Source of the DNA: Eremomyces bilateralis CBS 781.70
Lineage: Eukaryota
Length of the DNA: 64,000 nt
NCBI GenBank assembly: GCA_010015585.1
Contig: ML975166.1
Direction: 5' to 3' (one strand)
This document shows positions 1 through 12,060 of this stretch, one piece after another (within the stretch, counting starts at the first letter, position 1; each line of letters begins with the position of its first letter). Made by a program: the position numbers and the translations under genes. The notes beneath the pieces were generated by a model, which ran no database searches, had not been told where the DNA came from, and was given only the letters and a program-made list of their open reading frames with translations.

Positions 1-1793
1 CTAATAAATTAATAAGTCAATGTAAGGGGATAGGAACAGGAGAACAGACACAAATTGGGGGTTTCTGTAATACCCCTGGCCAAGGTAACCGAAGATGTGG
101 GATCGATTGACTTGCTAAATATTTGACAAGGCTGGAAGGCTGGGGGGCTGGGAGACTGGGACAACGACGTTTGTTGTCGAATAGCCGTCGTTGTCCAACC
201 GCCGTGTCATAATACACGCCACGGTCACCACTTGTTGCCAGCGTGCAGATCTGCACTCTTACTGCTGACTGGCACCGGAAGCACAAGCACAACAGCCCGA
301 AGCTGTTGTACGAATGATTTGTGTGATCCCAGCCTCCGAGGACCATAGGGAATTTGGGAAACCATCACCGACCGTTGAACCTGCTCAGCCTCCCGAGGAG
401 ATTGAGAAAGTTATGTCGTCTTGGCGGAGCAGTGGATTGGCGCCGTGAAGCGGTTCTGCCAAGCGAAGATAGTCAACAAGACTCAGGAATATTCGATGGC
501 AATCCAATATGTCTTTGATTTGGCCGATCCTTGACACCATGGGAATGTGATGCGATGTGATTGCAATGTGCTTACTGCTTGGATGAGTTTAGTACTTTGG
601 AACTATTGGAAGAAATGGATGGCAACGGCCAACGACTAACGAGGAGCACAGTAGCATGAACCTGTGGGCTGAGCTGATAGCTGGGGAAGCTATCGACTTG
701 GAGTGGAGGATCGACACTCTCATTTCGGAATCTCCTTGCTTAGAGTTTAGCCTTGTAGTGTTCTCTTTCATCGCAGGAGGACGTTTCAATTTTCAACCAG
801 TAATGCGGCACAGTCCCAACTCCCAAACGACAGATGGTGGCACAGCCGTACTCCGTATCCCGTCAGCGTTCAGAGCTCAGAGGATGGACATTGGACAGGT
901 ATTATCTCGCTCAAAAGTCAAAAGAGTCCAAACAGCCCCCATTGGCAATCTCCATACCTAATCACACTGAAACCTCAAAAAGGCTTGGTAAAGCTTGTTC
1001 AACGGGGCAGAAGATGTTTTGTTCGGTTCCATCTAATCCACAGTGTGGCTGCGAAACAGCCTTTCAGGGTGTATCCTCCCTCCAGCCGGCTACCAGGGCG
1101 TTCCATTCGTTCGTCTTGATTCATTCCTTTAATTGTTACTGGTCCCGTCATCCTGTTCCATGCACGCTGCCAGTCACAACCCAGGATGGCATAAGGTTGT
1201 TTCTGAGTTGAGTGAGTTCTAAAATGAAAGAGCTTGGACTTCGGATGAGGACATCTGCAAGGGGCCGGGGGGCCTGAGAAACACATCTCCCGTCGTTTAT
1301 ATCGGTTTGTTCCCGTCATGATCGTCCCGGATTTTCCTACGCCTTAGCCTTCGACCTCACATTCTGTACTTCAAGTCACCTTGTGTACCTCCAGCCTCTC
1401 GTTTCCTGTGGATTCTTCTTCGCAGTCGCAATCCCAGCTCGTCGTCATCCTTTCCTCGCAGAAAGGTTTCGTTGCCACAACACATTCCTCTTGAAAGCCA
1501 ATTGCACCAGAAACTGTGTATTTGGTGGTTAACGAGAGGCATATTTGTGACGGTCAAGGATTTTATTAGCTCTTTCCGTGGAATAACCCTACATCGTTTA
1601 GGTACACCGCTTGCTGAGATTGACGACTACGCTATTCTCATCCTCCTTCATTAATCGGGCTTGTCTAATCGACGGTGAATAGATTGTGGAGTGAGGTCGT
1701 TTGCATCTCGAGCAGCCGTTGACTTGCCCCCGAATCAAATACTTCTGGAAACCACAGCCAATACAACTCCTTCACGACTAGCTACCATCCACC

Positions 1794-2984
1794 ATGATTT
1801 TCTCCAAGCTCACCGTCGCCTCAGCCATGGCCGCCGTGGCCTTCGGCCAAACTACCGGAAAACTTGGGGACGCCGCCGAGACCACCGACAACCCGCTCGG
1901 CGCCGTCTACGTAGCGAGCTTCTCCCCGAAAGGCTCATCCAAGGTCAGCGGCTCCATCGTCGCGTCCTCGGGACCCGATGGCGAAGGCGTGCACTTCTCC
2001 GTGTCCGTCTCTGGCCTGCCCGCTGATTCGGGCCCGTTCGGTCAGTCATCCGCTGTTTCCTCGATTCATTTTCGCACCGACTCGCGCATTTGAGGGCCTC
2101 CGCAGATTCTTTGAGGCCCTACGTTACTTTCAATATTGCGGGACTTTCTGCATCCCCGTCCATTTGCGGGGATGAAGTCAGGACTCACTCAATTTCCGCA
2201 CTGTTATACACCAATGTTTGGGGGGCTTAAGCTCGCTCGAAGCCGGTACCGGCCCCATTGGAAATGCTCCTGCTTCCTGGTAGCATTCGATTTGTGGACA
2301 TTGTTCTAGTCGAGGTCGCAGTTTTCATTTCGCATGCTTTGCAAACAACACGACAAAAGTTCCCGGACTGACAATCACTCCAGGCTTCCATCTTCACGCG
2401 GCTCCCGTCCCTGCGGACGGTGGTTGCAACGCGACGCTAGCTCATCTTGACCCCTATATCCGCGGCGCAGACACTCCGTGCGATAAGACCAAGCCCGAGA
2501 CGTGCGAGGTTGGCGATCTGTCCGGCAAGCACGGTGCTCTGTCCGGCGAATCTTATTCGGCCTCGTAAGCGCCCTCTCACTCTCCCAACCCGCGTACATC
2601 CACTAATCCTCCAGATTCATCGACAAGTACGCCTCCCTCAAACCCGGAATCGGAGCCTTCTTCGGCAACCGATCAGTGGTCATCCACTTGGCCGACAAGT
2701 CGCGCCTGGCGTGCACCAATTGGAAACCCCTCTCCGACGCGTGCGACGTCGCGCCGGGTCCCAGTGGGCCAAAGCCGAACAGCACCGCTCCGCCCGACAC
2801 CTCCATTCCCATTTACACGCCGCCTCCGGTCGTGAACTCTTCTACGCCGCCCCGGACCTCCTCGCTGCCCTCGCGGACCTCTTCGCCGCCGGTCTTCACC
2901 GGTGCCGCGGTACCGAACGCGGTCAATGATGGGGTTTGGGTGGTGGGTTCAGCCCTCATGGCTGCGTTAACTTTCTTCCTTTAA
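1794..2984 (+). CDS. Secreted, GPI-anchored Cu/Zn-SOD-fold protein (SOD5-like Cu-only superoxide dismutase); exons 1794-2040, 2384-2564, 2615-2984
   Basis: Signal peptide MIFSKLTVASAMAAVAFG. Spliced product gives GPFGFHLHAAPVP..CNATLAHLDP..CEVGDLSGKHG..FFGNRSVVIHLADKSRLACTN. Ser/Thr/Pro-rich stalk and hydrophobic C-terminal tail. GT-AG introns keep the frame. Confidence 0.92.
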
Positions 2985-3548
2985 GATGCTGCTGGGGAGA
3001 GACCGGAATCTTGCTACAGTCACATCGATCTCATGGACAATGTCTCTTTATGCTTTCTAATACCCCTGTTTCTATAGCTTTGAGCTGTGAGCTCCAAAAT
3101 CCGATCAGGCGGCTGATCGGAGACCCGGGAAATATATCGTTAGGTCGCGTATTCTTCCGCTCGTTCGGTGATTCGGTGATGCGTCCGTCTATACTGCGGC
3201 TCTAGGGACCCATTTCTACCCCTAGTCAATTTAGTTTCCTCTCCTTAGCCGTGAGAGCAATAATTGAAGTCATTAAGGCAATGATTATACTTTAGACTTT
3301 GAATCGATCGATCAAATCACCGTCTAGACTCGGTTGGCCTCTTCTGCCCCTCTAAAAGTTGGGAACATCCACGTTACTTCGGCACCAGTCCGAGCGGATG
3401 GTATCACTGAGTTCAGTCTATGTGATCTCGTAAGATGATAGTTGGGGGGATGGGGCGTATGTTGATGTTAGCCACCAATTTATGGTTCCTCGAACGGCAT
3501 ATTTCCATGATATCATAACCTCGTGGCAAACAACCTATCGTGTACACA

Positions 3549-5644
3549 TTATCCATGCTCCCCCAAACTCATCGCCCTCTCCTTCCTCTTCCCCCCTTGA
3601 TTCGTCTCCTTCACCACCCTCTCCACCGCACTCCCCCCGTTCTTATCGAACGGCTTCCGCCTCCTCACCAACTGATACCCGCGGTCCAGCTCCACCTCAA
3701 CCGCGCAGCGCACTTTCAACGCCCCCACGGCCGGCCACACCGACCGCTCCCCCCGCAAGATCCAATGTTCCACCGCTTCTCGCGACGGATTCTCCACCAA
3801 GCGGAGGAAGTCCCGCGCACTGATTTCCGGCACCAGGGTCAACGACGCGCCCGGGACGTTTTCGTCGAGCAGGAACCGGCGGATGGACGGAGGCAGCAAC
3901 GACAGGTTGTCCAGCTGATGCAGGCGATGGTGCAATTCCATGACCACCAACCGCGGGATCATCATGGGCGGCAGGGGAATTAGCCGCGTGAGGAACCGGA
4001 ACGCGTGGCGGCGCGGCGGGGGTGGATGGTGTAGCTCCGACCGGAGGAACGGGACGATGTACGGCCGCGCTTGGGAGACGATGAAGTGATTGACGTTGAA
4101 CAGCTCGGCGATGCGGGCGAGGGGGGACTCGCGCTCGGAGTAGGCGGTATGCGTCCAGGGGTGGAAGGTGGCGTGCTCGGCGGTCGACCAGGGATGGATT
4201 TCGCCGGACTCGGACTTGCAGAGGAGTGTGACAGGTCGGAAGAGGGAGGAGGTGGTGGTGTTGGAGGCGAGGGCGGCAGACCAGATGAGCTATGATGCGT
4301 TAGGACTAGAAATTCAAATCTAGGTGAAAGTGAGCACTGGTAGACTTACCACATTAGGGGCCGTGAGGTAGTTAAGAACGTTTGGCACGCCGCCTCCCTC
4401 AGCGCTCACGGTGATATTCAACACCCGTTTCGTCCTGGAGTACGCTTCTTCGAACGTCAGGTCGCCGACATTGGCTCTCACGCACTGCTCCAGCACCCCA
4501 ACATCCAAGAAGTGTCCCTCCTTCAAAAACCGCTTAACCCTCGTCTTCAACGTCTTTAAATCTACCCACCCCCTTACCCCCACACTTCCCTCTTCCCTGT
4601 TGCCGTCCACCCCATTTCCATCCCGCTGCTCCTGCGCCCCTTCCCCTTGTGCAAAGGCGCTCAAATCAATCCCATCCCCACTAAGGAATGCCAGCAACTC
4701 ATCTTCAGTATGTACGCCCACCAACGCGGCCATCAAAGCACCCGTGGCCGTCCCCGCAATAATCCGGGGTAGCAGACCCCGTAAATGCAAGGCCTTCACC
4801 ACTCCCAAATGACAGAGCCCAAAGATCGAGCCGCCTTGCAACACCAGCGCCGACCGCCCAAACGCCTGCCGGGTATCGTGTAGGACGTCCAACTTCGCCT
4901 GGAGCGTCAGCCCGTTCGCCAGGCTCGCGGACGTCGGGTACGAGGTCACGTAGTCGACGGCCAAGGCGACCTGGGTGATATAGTCTTCGATGAGGAGCTT
5001 GGTGCCGGCATAGGCGCGGGAGAACAGGCGGGGGGTGGTGATGTTGCCGAGATTGCGGACGAGGCCGGAGCGCAGGAGGGAGACGAGGGTGAGGATATCG
5101 TCGTCTTCGCGGGCGGAGATGATGGCTTGGAGGCGGGAGTAGATGAGGCGGAAGTCGTAGGATTTGGAGGCGGGGTTTTGACGCCTGTTTGGACAGTCAA
5201 CGAAGTGTCCTATTGTGTAACCCGACTCTTACGGTCGTGTGGTCGAGCTGGATATCGGAAGTGGAGTGGACGGTTTTCGGACAAAGCGCTGGTGAACATA
5301 CCACAAATCATACCCAAGCACCTCGTCCAACTGGAAAGCCGCTGCTTCCCATTCTTCAAACAGTCTTGCCTCGCCTAAATTCTCCAGCAACGCATCTTGC
5401 GGCGCTTTCTCGAACCACCAAGCGTAGAGTCGCTGTACCGGCGCCGAAACCACATCAGCCAACCTCGCACTCACGGAACGCGATGCCAGGGACTCCACGC
5501 GCTTCGCCAGCGCCTCGGGGGCGATGGCCTGGAGGGGAGAGAAGAGGGTTCGAGATGACATACCAGCTGCCAGAAGACGCAGACTTCAAGGACGATGTTG
5601 ACGACGGACTTCAGGAACCCGAACGGGTTCAGGAGGCGGGACAT
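3549..5644 (-). CDS. Patatin-domain triacylglycerol lipase family protein (Tgl3-like, N-terminal DUF3336-like region); exons 5644-5564, 5432-5302, 5184-4350, 4289-3549
   Basis: Motifs LRSGLVRNLGNI, FGRSALVLQGGSIFGLCHLGVVKAL, GDLTFEEAYSRTKRVLNITV, LNYLTAPNVLIWSAALAS, ELFNVNHFIVSQARPY. Three GT-AG introns join these in frame. Confidence 0.9.
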
Positions 5645-6197
5645 GGTCAATCCACCTGAGGCGCATGCAGAGCGTGAAGGGCTGCATGGCTCGCCATTCG
5701 GAGAGGATGCCGAGGGGGTAAAATTAACGGATTGTTGCCATTGGGGACGTTTTAGCGTCAACATGGCATGATGGGCTTAAGTTACAGGTATTAAGTCTGT
5801 CGGTGGTCGAGATATGGGTCGTTGAGTATAAATCACATGCCAAACCATCCCCGCATTCGCCTCAGAGAGTCGGAGTCCAAGGGCCTCCATGTATCATCTT
5901 CCCTTTACTGGTTCAGGAATTTTGTTACTACAATCCTCGACATCTCCAGTAGTACTATTGAGAGATATGTCGATTATTATATAAACATTCTTGTATCTAC
6001 GTCGAATCATTACCTGTAGCTATAGTAACAAATCCTCCGAGCCATAGAGCCGCGAGAACCTGCATGGTAACTTGTTTGTAATCCTCAAAACGCCGAACCC
6101 GGATACCATTTCTGCCGGTTTTCCAAGACCAAGACCAGTTGACCTCAGTCATACCTTACGCCATGAATTCCACCATTGTGCGCCGATATGAAGACCG

Positions 6198-7100
6198 TTA
6201 ACTAGTCAAAGCACTCCGGACAACCTCGACCGCCGCACTCTTAACGTCGGTCGGATCATGTCCCTCCCCGACATCCAACACCGCTACATCCGGCTCTTCC
6301 TCCGCCTTCGGTTCCTCCAGCGACGCGAACTGGCTGCGCACCATGCTCTTCTTCATGTAATGGCCCTTCCGTGAGCCGACTCTCGCTAACAGGACATCTT
6401 CAGGGGCTCGAAGGTAGATGAAGTGGACGTGGACATTGGGTTGGTCGGGAGGGTTGGAATTGGTCCGGGAGAATGGAGGGACGGATGGACGAGAGGCGTC
6501 GTCGCTGGGCCTGACGTCCAGTGCGCCGCGGAGAATGTCCCGGTATGTGCGTTTCAAGGCGCTGCAGGTCATCACGACGGCGTGCTCAGGTTCTCGACTT
6601 CGTGGGTCTGGAATGGCACTTCTGCTGCTCTGTCGGGGAAGAGTTGGGTTGGACTGCCGTTGCAATTGCGACAAGCCCTCATTTCGAAGAGTGGATAGCC
6701 AGCCCCAGCGGTCGGAGTCCGTCAGAGGAATACCTGCAGCCATTTTCTTAATGTTGGCTTCGGGGTGGAACTATATTATTGTGAGTGGTCCGTCTTGAGT
6801 TTACAGTGGCTGTGGCTTCAGCGTATGAACGAAGCCTTGCCTATTCTCTCAACCTACTTCATCGCCTTCTATATATGGCACGCGAAGTTCATCCGCTAGG
6901 TATTCGGCAATCGTGCTCTTTCCACAGCCTGCTGGGCCAGTGACGATCCATATATGCCCGGAAAGAGGTTGAGGCTGTTCTGTTGATGAATTGAGCGGCG
7001 GATCGGCAACGGGATACATGACTTGGAATGAACGAGCCATCCTCGATGGTAGAGGATCATACTGAGAAGGAGAATCATCGTACAGAAGGCCGGGTGCCAT
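6198..7100 (-). CDS. Gluconokinase (GntK/IdnK, thermoresistant glucokinase family); exons 7100-6858, 6770-6198; start codon uncertain
   Basis: P-loop GPAGCGKST, then EGDE|FHPEANIKKMAAGIPLTDSDRWGWL, CSALKRTYRDIL and RKGHYMKKSMVRSQFASLEEP. Confidence 0.92.
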
Positions 7101-8004
7101 ATTGGAATAGAGATCAAATCAGGGCTCGAGACGGAAACGGCGAATGACGAAGCGATGAGGAAACAAAGGAAGAACAAACTCGAACTGAGAAAGATCGGAC
7201 TTTGGAGAGAAATGGACAACGGCTAGAAGCGATTGAGCACGAGGACAACGCAGTCCGTCTTCAAAGGATGCTGAATCCGAAGGGTAACAAGTCAATTCGA
7301 CCAACTGGGTGCAGCAGACAGATGCAAACCCCTCCGATTCGATAGCCTTGCGGATCGCGGGGTAGCGAGGGATGCAAGGTGCATAATTCTTACATACAGA
7401 AAGTGGAGCGGGGGATCGGAATTGGTGGAAGAATTGTTCAGGGTCAGATGGGCTCTGGCACTGATGTCACAAAGGACGGTTGACATTCATCGGTTCAAGA
7501 AGCGGTTGTTAGCGGTGGTGACTGGGGAGCAGTTGACAGGATGACGATCAAGATTGGTCAGAGGTCCTGGCTAGAAAGCAACCAGAACTGCTGAAGACGC
7601 TAATTAGAGTTGGCGAATTACAGTAGGGCCCCTGGCACGACGTGGAGAAAAACGTGGGGGAACACCGACGCTACGGATGCCGGGGAAACACTTGCATGAA
7701 GATACTCATCAGTCAACAGTCATCAAGATACAGCGGGAGCTGTGGGGTGAGAAATTGGCTTCCGGTGTTTTTGCAACTCCAGGAACTCTACAGCCTCTTT
7801 GTAGGACTTGGCGCTGGCGTAAGCTAGTATACGTATCGATTCTTAATGATCGGTACGCCACGGTATCGTTTCAGCCTCTAAATCTTTGCAACATTACTGC
7901 CCTCTTGATCATGAACATCGCATGACAATCCCATCGAGAAGCAAAAAAGTATAGGCATCAATTGCTAAATGGGGTATCCCTTGTCGAATCACCGTTAACT
8001 GCCT

Positions 8005-11000
8005 TCATCTTACGAGTTTGCGCATAAATCTTCTCACAACTGACCGACGTCCTCTCTTTGCATCCTTCTCATCTACCATCTCGGCCGCTTCCTCTGTCCC
8101 GCCCATGTCGTCTGCGGCCTCTTCTGTCAAAAAGTTAGTCGATATCATTCCAGCCTGATCATTAGAGAGTACCTTTCGAAAGATCAAGGGATAATAGTCG
8201 ATCCTTAAGCCGCTGACATTGATCACAGGATGGCCCGAGAAGAACCTGAAAGCCAGCAAGAGCACATGAGTACATCGTTTTAGCCTTTTGTACCTCGCCT
8301 TTGGCTGCCAAGAGATCGGCGAGAGTCCATATAGTGTTGAGGGCTGGTCGGTATCTCGGAAGGGTCTCAGAGTTGAGTGCCTCCTCGTATCCTTCCAGCG
8401 CTCGCATGTACATCTCTTCTGCCTCCTTCAGTTTCCCTTGGTCTTTGTAGAGGAGGCCNNNNNNNNNNNNNNNNNNNNNNNNNNNNNNNNNNNNNNNNNN
8501 NNNNNNNNNNNNNNNNNNNNNNNNNNNNNNNNNNNNNNNNNNNNNNNNNNNNNNNNNNNNNNNNNNNNNNNNNNNNNNNNNNNNNNNNNNNNNNNNNNNN
8601 NNNNNNNNNNNNNNNNNNNNNNNNNNNNNNNNNNNNNNNNNNNNNNNNNNNNNNNNNNNNNNNNNNNNNNNNNNNNNNNNNNNNNNNNNNNNNNNNNNNN
8701 NNNNNNNNNNNNNNNNNNNNNNNNNNNNNNNNNNNNNNNNNNNNNNNNNNNNNNNNNNNNNNNNNNNNNNNNNNNNNNNNNNNNNNNNNNNNNNNNNNNN
8801 NNNNNNNNNNNNNNNNNNNNNNNNNNNNNNNNNNNNNNNNNNNNNNNNNNNNNNNNNNNNNNNNNNNNNNNNNNNNNNNNNNNNNNNNNNNNNNNNNNNN
8901 NNNNNNNNNNNNNNNNNNNNNNNNNNNNNNNNNNNNNNNNNNNNNNNNNNNNNNNNNNNNNNNNNNNNNNNNNNNNNNNNNNNNNNNNNNNNNNNNNNNN
9001 NNNNNNNNNNNNNNNNNNNNNNNNNNNNNNNNNNNNNNNNNNNNNNNNNNNNNNNNNNNNNNNNNNNNNNNNNNNNNNNNNNNNNNNNNNNNNNNNNNNN
9101 NNNNNNNNNNNNNNNNNNNNNNNNNNNNNNNNNNNNNNNNNNNNNNNNNNNNNNNNNNNNNNNNNNNNNNNNNNNNGTAGAGGAGGCCCAGGTTGTTGAC
9201 CGTGTTGAGCGTCGATGTGTGCTTCGGTCCAAGTGCCTCCTCCTTTCCTTGCAGCGCTTGCATGTACATCTCTTCTGCCTCCTTCAGTTTCCCTTGGTCT
9301 TTGTAGAGGTCGCCCAGGTTGTGTAATGCCCACTCCATCCCGCCATTTGCGCCTTTCAGTATCGATGAACAGCCAGCAGCATGCGCCAGAAGCCGTCGCT
9401 GCGTAATCCACCACCGATCACTCGAGGTAAGAGGAACATGTAATCCGATGCATTTAAGCGCGAGCCTCGCCAGCTCCCCATTCCCCTCTTGATTTAGAAC
9501 ATGCCGTGTCCACGAGTGTACGCAACTGTGCATGCTGTACCCTTGAGACTCCACCATCTCCCGCGAAGTCGAGTTTGCTTCTACGAGCCCGTGGTTGCAC
9601 AACACCCGAACTGCGTCGTCGAAGTCCACTCGGTCTTCAGTAAGCTCGCGAACCCACTCCGGATCACCTATATCGCCATGGCGAAGAAGTTCGAACCAGA
9701 GGTCCTGATTATCGAAGTAAGCCCATAGTAGTAGGAGCTGGGCCGAAAGTCGGTTCTGCTGTTGAACATGCTTAAAGGAGATGTCCCAGGTAGAGTAGAG
9801 TGTCCGATCTTCGTATGAGCTCAGCTCAGGACTTCTCCGCTGCAGTTTCAGCCATGATTCGTTATACAGACGAAGATACTCTGCAAAACTGGTCGTCACT
9901 TGTTCAAGATATGCTCCAGCAGTTGTAAGTGCCAGAGGGAGTCCATCCAACTCGTTCACAAGCTTGACTGCGTCGGGATCTACTATTGATATTAGAACTC
10001 TACTCATAATTCTAGGAATGCCTTACCATCAATCAATCCTTCTCGCCTTGATGCATTTGATAGTATTTCAAGGCAATCCTGCACGTCCTCCAGCTTTCGG
10101 ACGGGGATGCGATGGCCAACGGTGACCTGAGACGACCGCGTAGTGACAATAACTGATCCTTGATGTGATTCTGGCAGGTATTTTCGGATATCTAATGCTC
10201 CGGCATCCGTGTTGCCCGCTACCTTTGGATTGTCGTAGTTATCATAGATGACCAGCCATCTTGTGTTCTTAGGAAGACTTAGCCACCCCTTAACGGCTTC
10301 CACCACCTCGTCTAAGCTCCCTTTCAAATCCACTCCATTAAGGCGTTGAGCAGACGGGTGCTCTTGTAATATCCTCGGGGCTACATTGCCAAAGCTCTGC
10401 TTTAGAGTATCCTCATCTTTGGCGTTGAGCCAGAGCACGGTCGAGTAGTTGGCTCGATATTGCTTCGCATATGCAACCGTCAGTTGTGTCTTGCCGATTC
10501 CTCCCAACCCGTGAAGGACAGCGATGCGACGGATGCCATCGCCACTGAGTGTTTGGTGTATTTCCTTGAGCTCTGTCTCTCGCACAACAAAGTGCTCCGT
10601 CTCCGAGGCGTCAGCAAGACTAAAGCCGACGGAAAAGTCTTCGAAATGGTCGCCTAGTCCCGTCAACGCTATTCTAGTCCCTATATTCACCATAGTAATT
10701 AGAAAAGCAAAGAGCTAGGAAAAATGGCCTACTCTTCGATGCTCTGTCAATCTCGAAATGGAGCCGCCGGAATGCGTTGTCTATCCCTTCGCCATAGATC
10801 AGAGGCACATGTACGCCGAAAATACCCAGTAATGAGTAGACTTTGTCTTCCATTTCTGTGGTCTCGCGGTCTTCGGCCCACGACAGTCGCTCCGCTACGC
10901 TGTATTGAGATAGAACGCATCCTCGAAGAGCAGTTACAGGAATTCCAGTAATTTCGCGAATCTGCTGCTCGAGTACTTTCTTACTTCCCAACAACGCTCG

Positions 11001-11478
11001 GTCTTTGGAGAAAAAGTCGACCGTCTCTGGAGCGATCAGCTCCTGAAGAGTCCAGCCTCTCCGGAACCATCGACTTTTCCGAAATTCCGTCTCCCACCGT
11101 TGTAGATGTGAGTTGTTTGCGCCAGAGACCGGTCCCGAAACATCCGAGAGATAGACATAGCATCGTGTCGCATTATGATACCACCGAAACATAGAGTTTG
11201 ATGGCCTTCGATAGCTCGGTGCTGTTTGACTTGTCGATGCAGCAAGTATCTACCCAGAAGTACTCCAACCCATCGCGAGCGGCCTGCTCTCCACAGAACT
11301 CGATCTTCCTATACCCAACTGTGTGCTTTCGCATCCCTTTTCTAAACTCTTCGAATGTGACCTCCTCGCCATGTATCCATGTATGCGAGAGGATGGCGTA
11401 GTTTCGAGGGATATCGTCGTCAACCAGGTCGTCTGTCAGGCTTAGTCCCCCACTGCTACTGCGCTTCAATAGACGCAT
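8005..11478 (-). CDS. Fungal NLR: HET domain - NB-ARC - TPR repeats. Frameshifted in HET at about 11197-11199 (pseudogene allele or sequence error); TPR array interrupted by an assembly gap. Introns about 10732-10681 (or a downstream in-frame AG), 10026-9980, 8172-8124
   Basis: HET motifs YAILSHTW, YFWVDTCCIDKSNSTELS..(NS)MFRWY..CYVYLSDV and SRWFRRGWTLQELIAP. NB-ARC motifs GLGGIGKTQL, WLVIYDNYD, IVTTR and GLPLAL. 42-aa TPR units LGLLYKDQGKLKEAEEMY..AL.G.EEALGPKHTSTL. Confidence 0.92.
8401..9320 (-). repeat. Tandem 126-nt (42-aa) TPR repeat array, mostly hidden in the N gap
   Basis: The units flanking the gap share an identical run of about 50 nt (gcatgtacatctcttctgcctccttcagtttcccttggtctttgtagagg at about 8405 and 9260). 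Confidence 0.8.
8459..9176. other. Assembly gap (718 N)
   Basis: Run of N bases. Confidence 1.
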
Positions 11479-12060
11479 GGTTTTTGCTTGAACCGGGGAG
11501 TGTTCCACCGAATGAGTTTCTCGATAGACTCAAACATCGTTTCTTGTCAAGAAGCAAATGAAACATGATGTGGACGTGGTTGCAGACTGGGAAATGCGGA
11601 TATGGCTGGGGAGGGGCCGTGCATGATTGATGCAAGCCTTCTGCCTTCAGCCTTCTGCCTTCCAAGACATCCCGCTCTAATAATACTGAATTGCTCAACG
11701 CGTGAAGGTTATTCTGGTTCACGTGATTCAATTTGTTAAACACCGATTTGGAAAGCATTTAGGTAGCTATCTCGGTATGTAGCGGACCACTAGTGGTTCA
11801 TGTTGGCGTGGCTGGACGGTGAACAAGGTGCCACCGGACTGACAGGGACGCGAAATAAGGTCATGTGACCGAGATTGTTCATGCCTTAAAACTTAAGGCA
11901 TCAACAGCCTGTCGATTCCAGTCTATGTCCAGGATTCAGATTCATCTTTCTGTTCACGCGTCCAAACCATCAATCCTCAAGTTCCCAACTCGCCGCCCTC
12001 ACCGAGATCCTCCACTTTCATTTCGCGCAGACTCCAATCCGCTTCGGCAACTCGTTCACC

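Noticed and set aside
1..1700. Short ORFs at the window start
   Set aside because: No recognisable protein motifs; probably intergenic.
2211..2370. RNase MRP-like motifs (GGGGCTTA, AAAGTTCCCGG) in the SOD intron
   Set aside because: Wrong order relative to CR-I/CR-V, and inexact.
8162..9414. Multiple long ORFs spanning the N run
   Set aside because: Artefacts of translating N as X; only the TPR frames are real.
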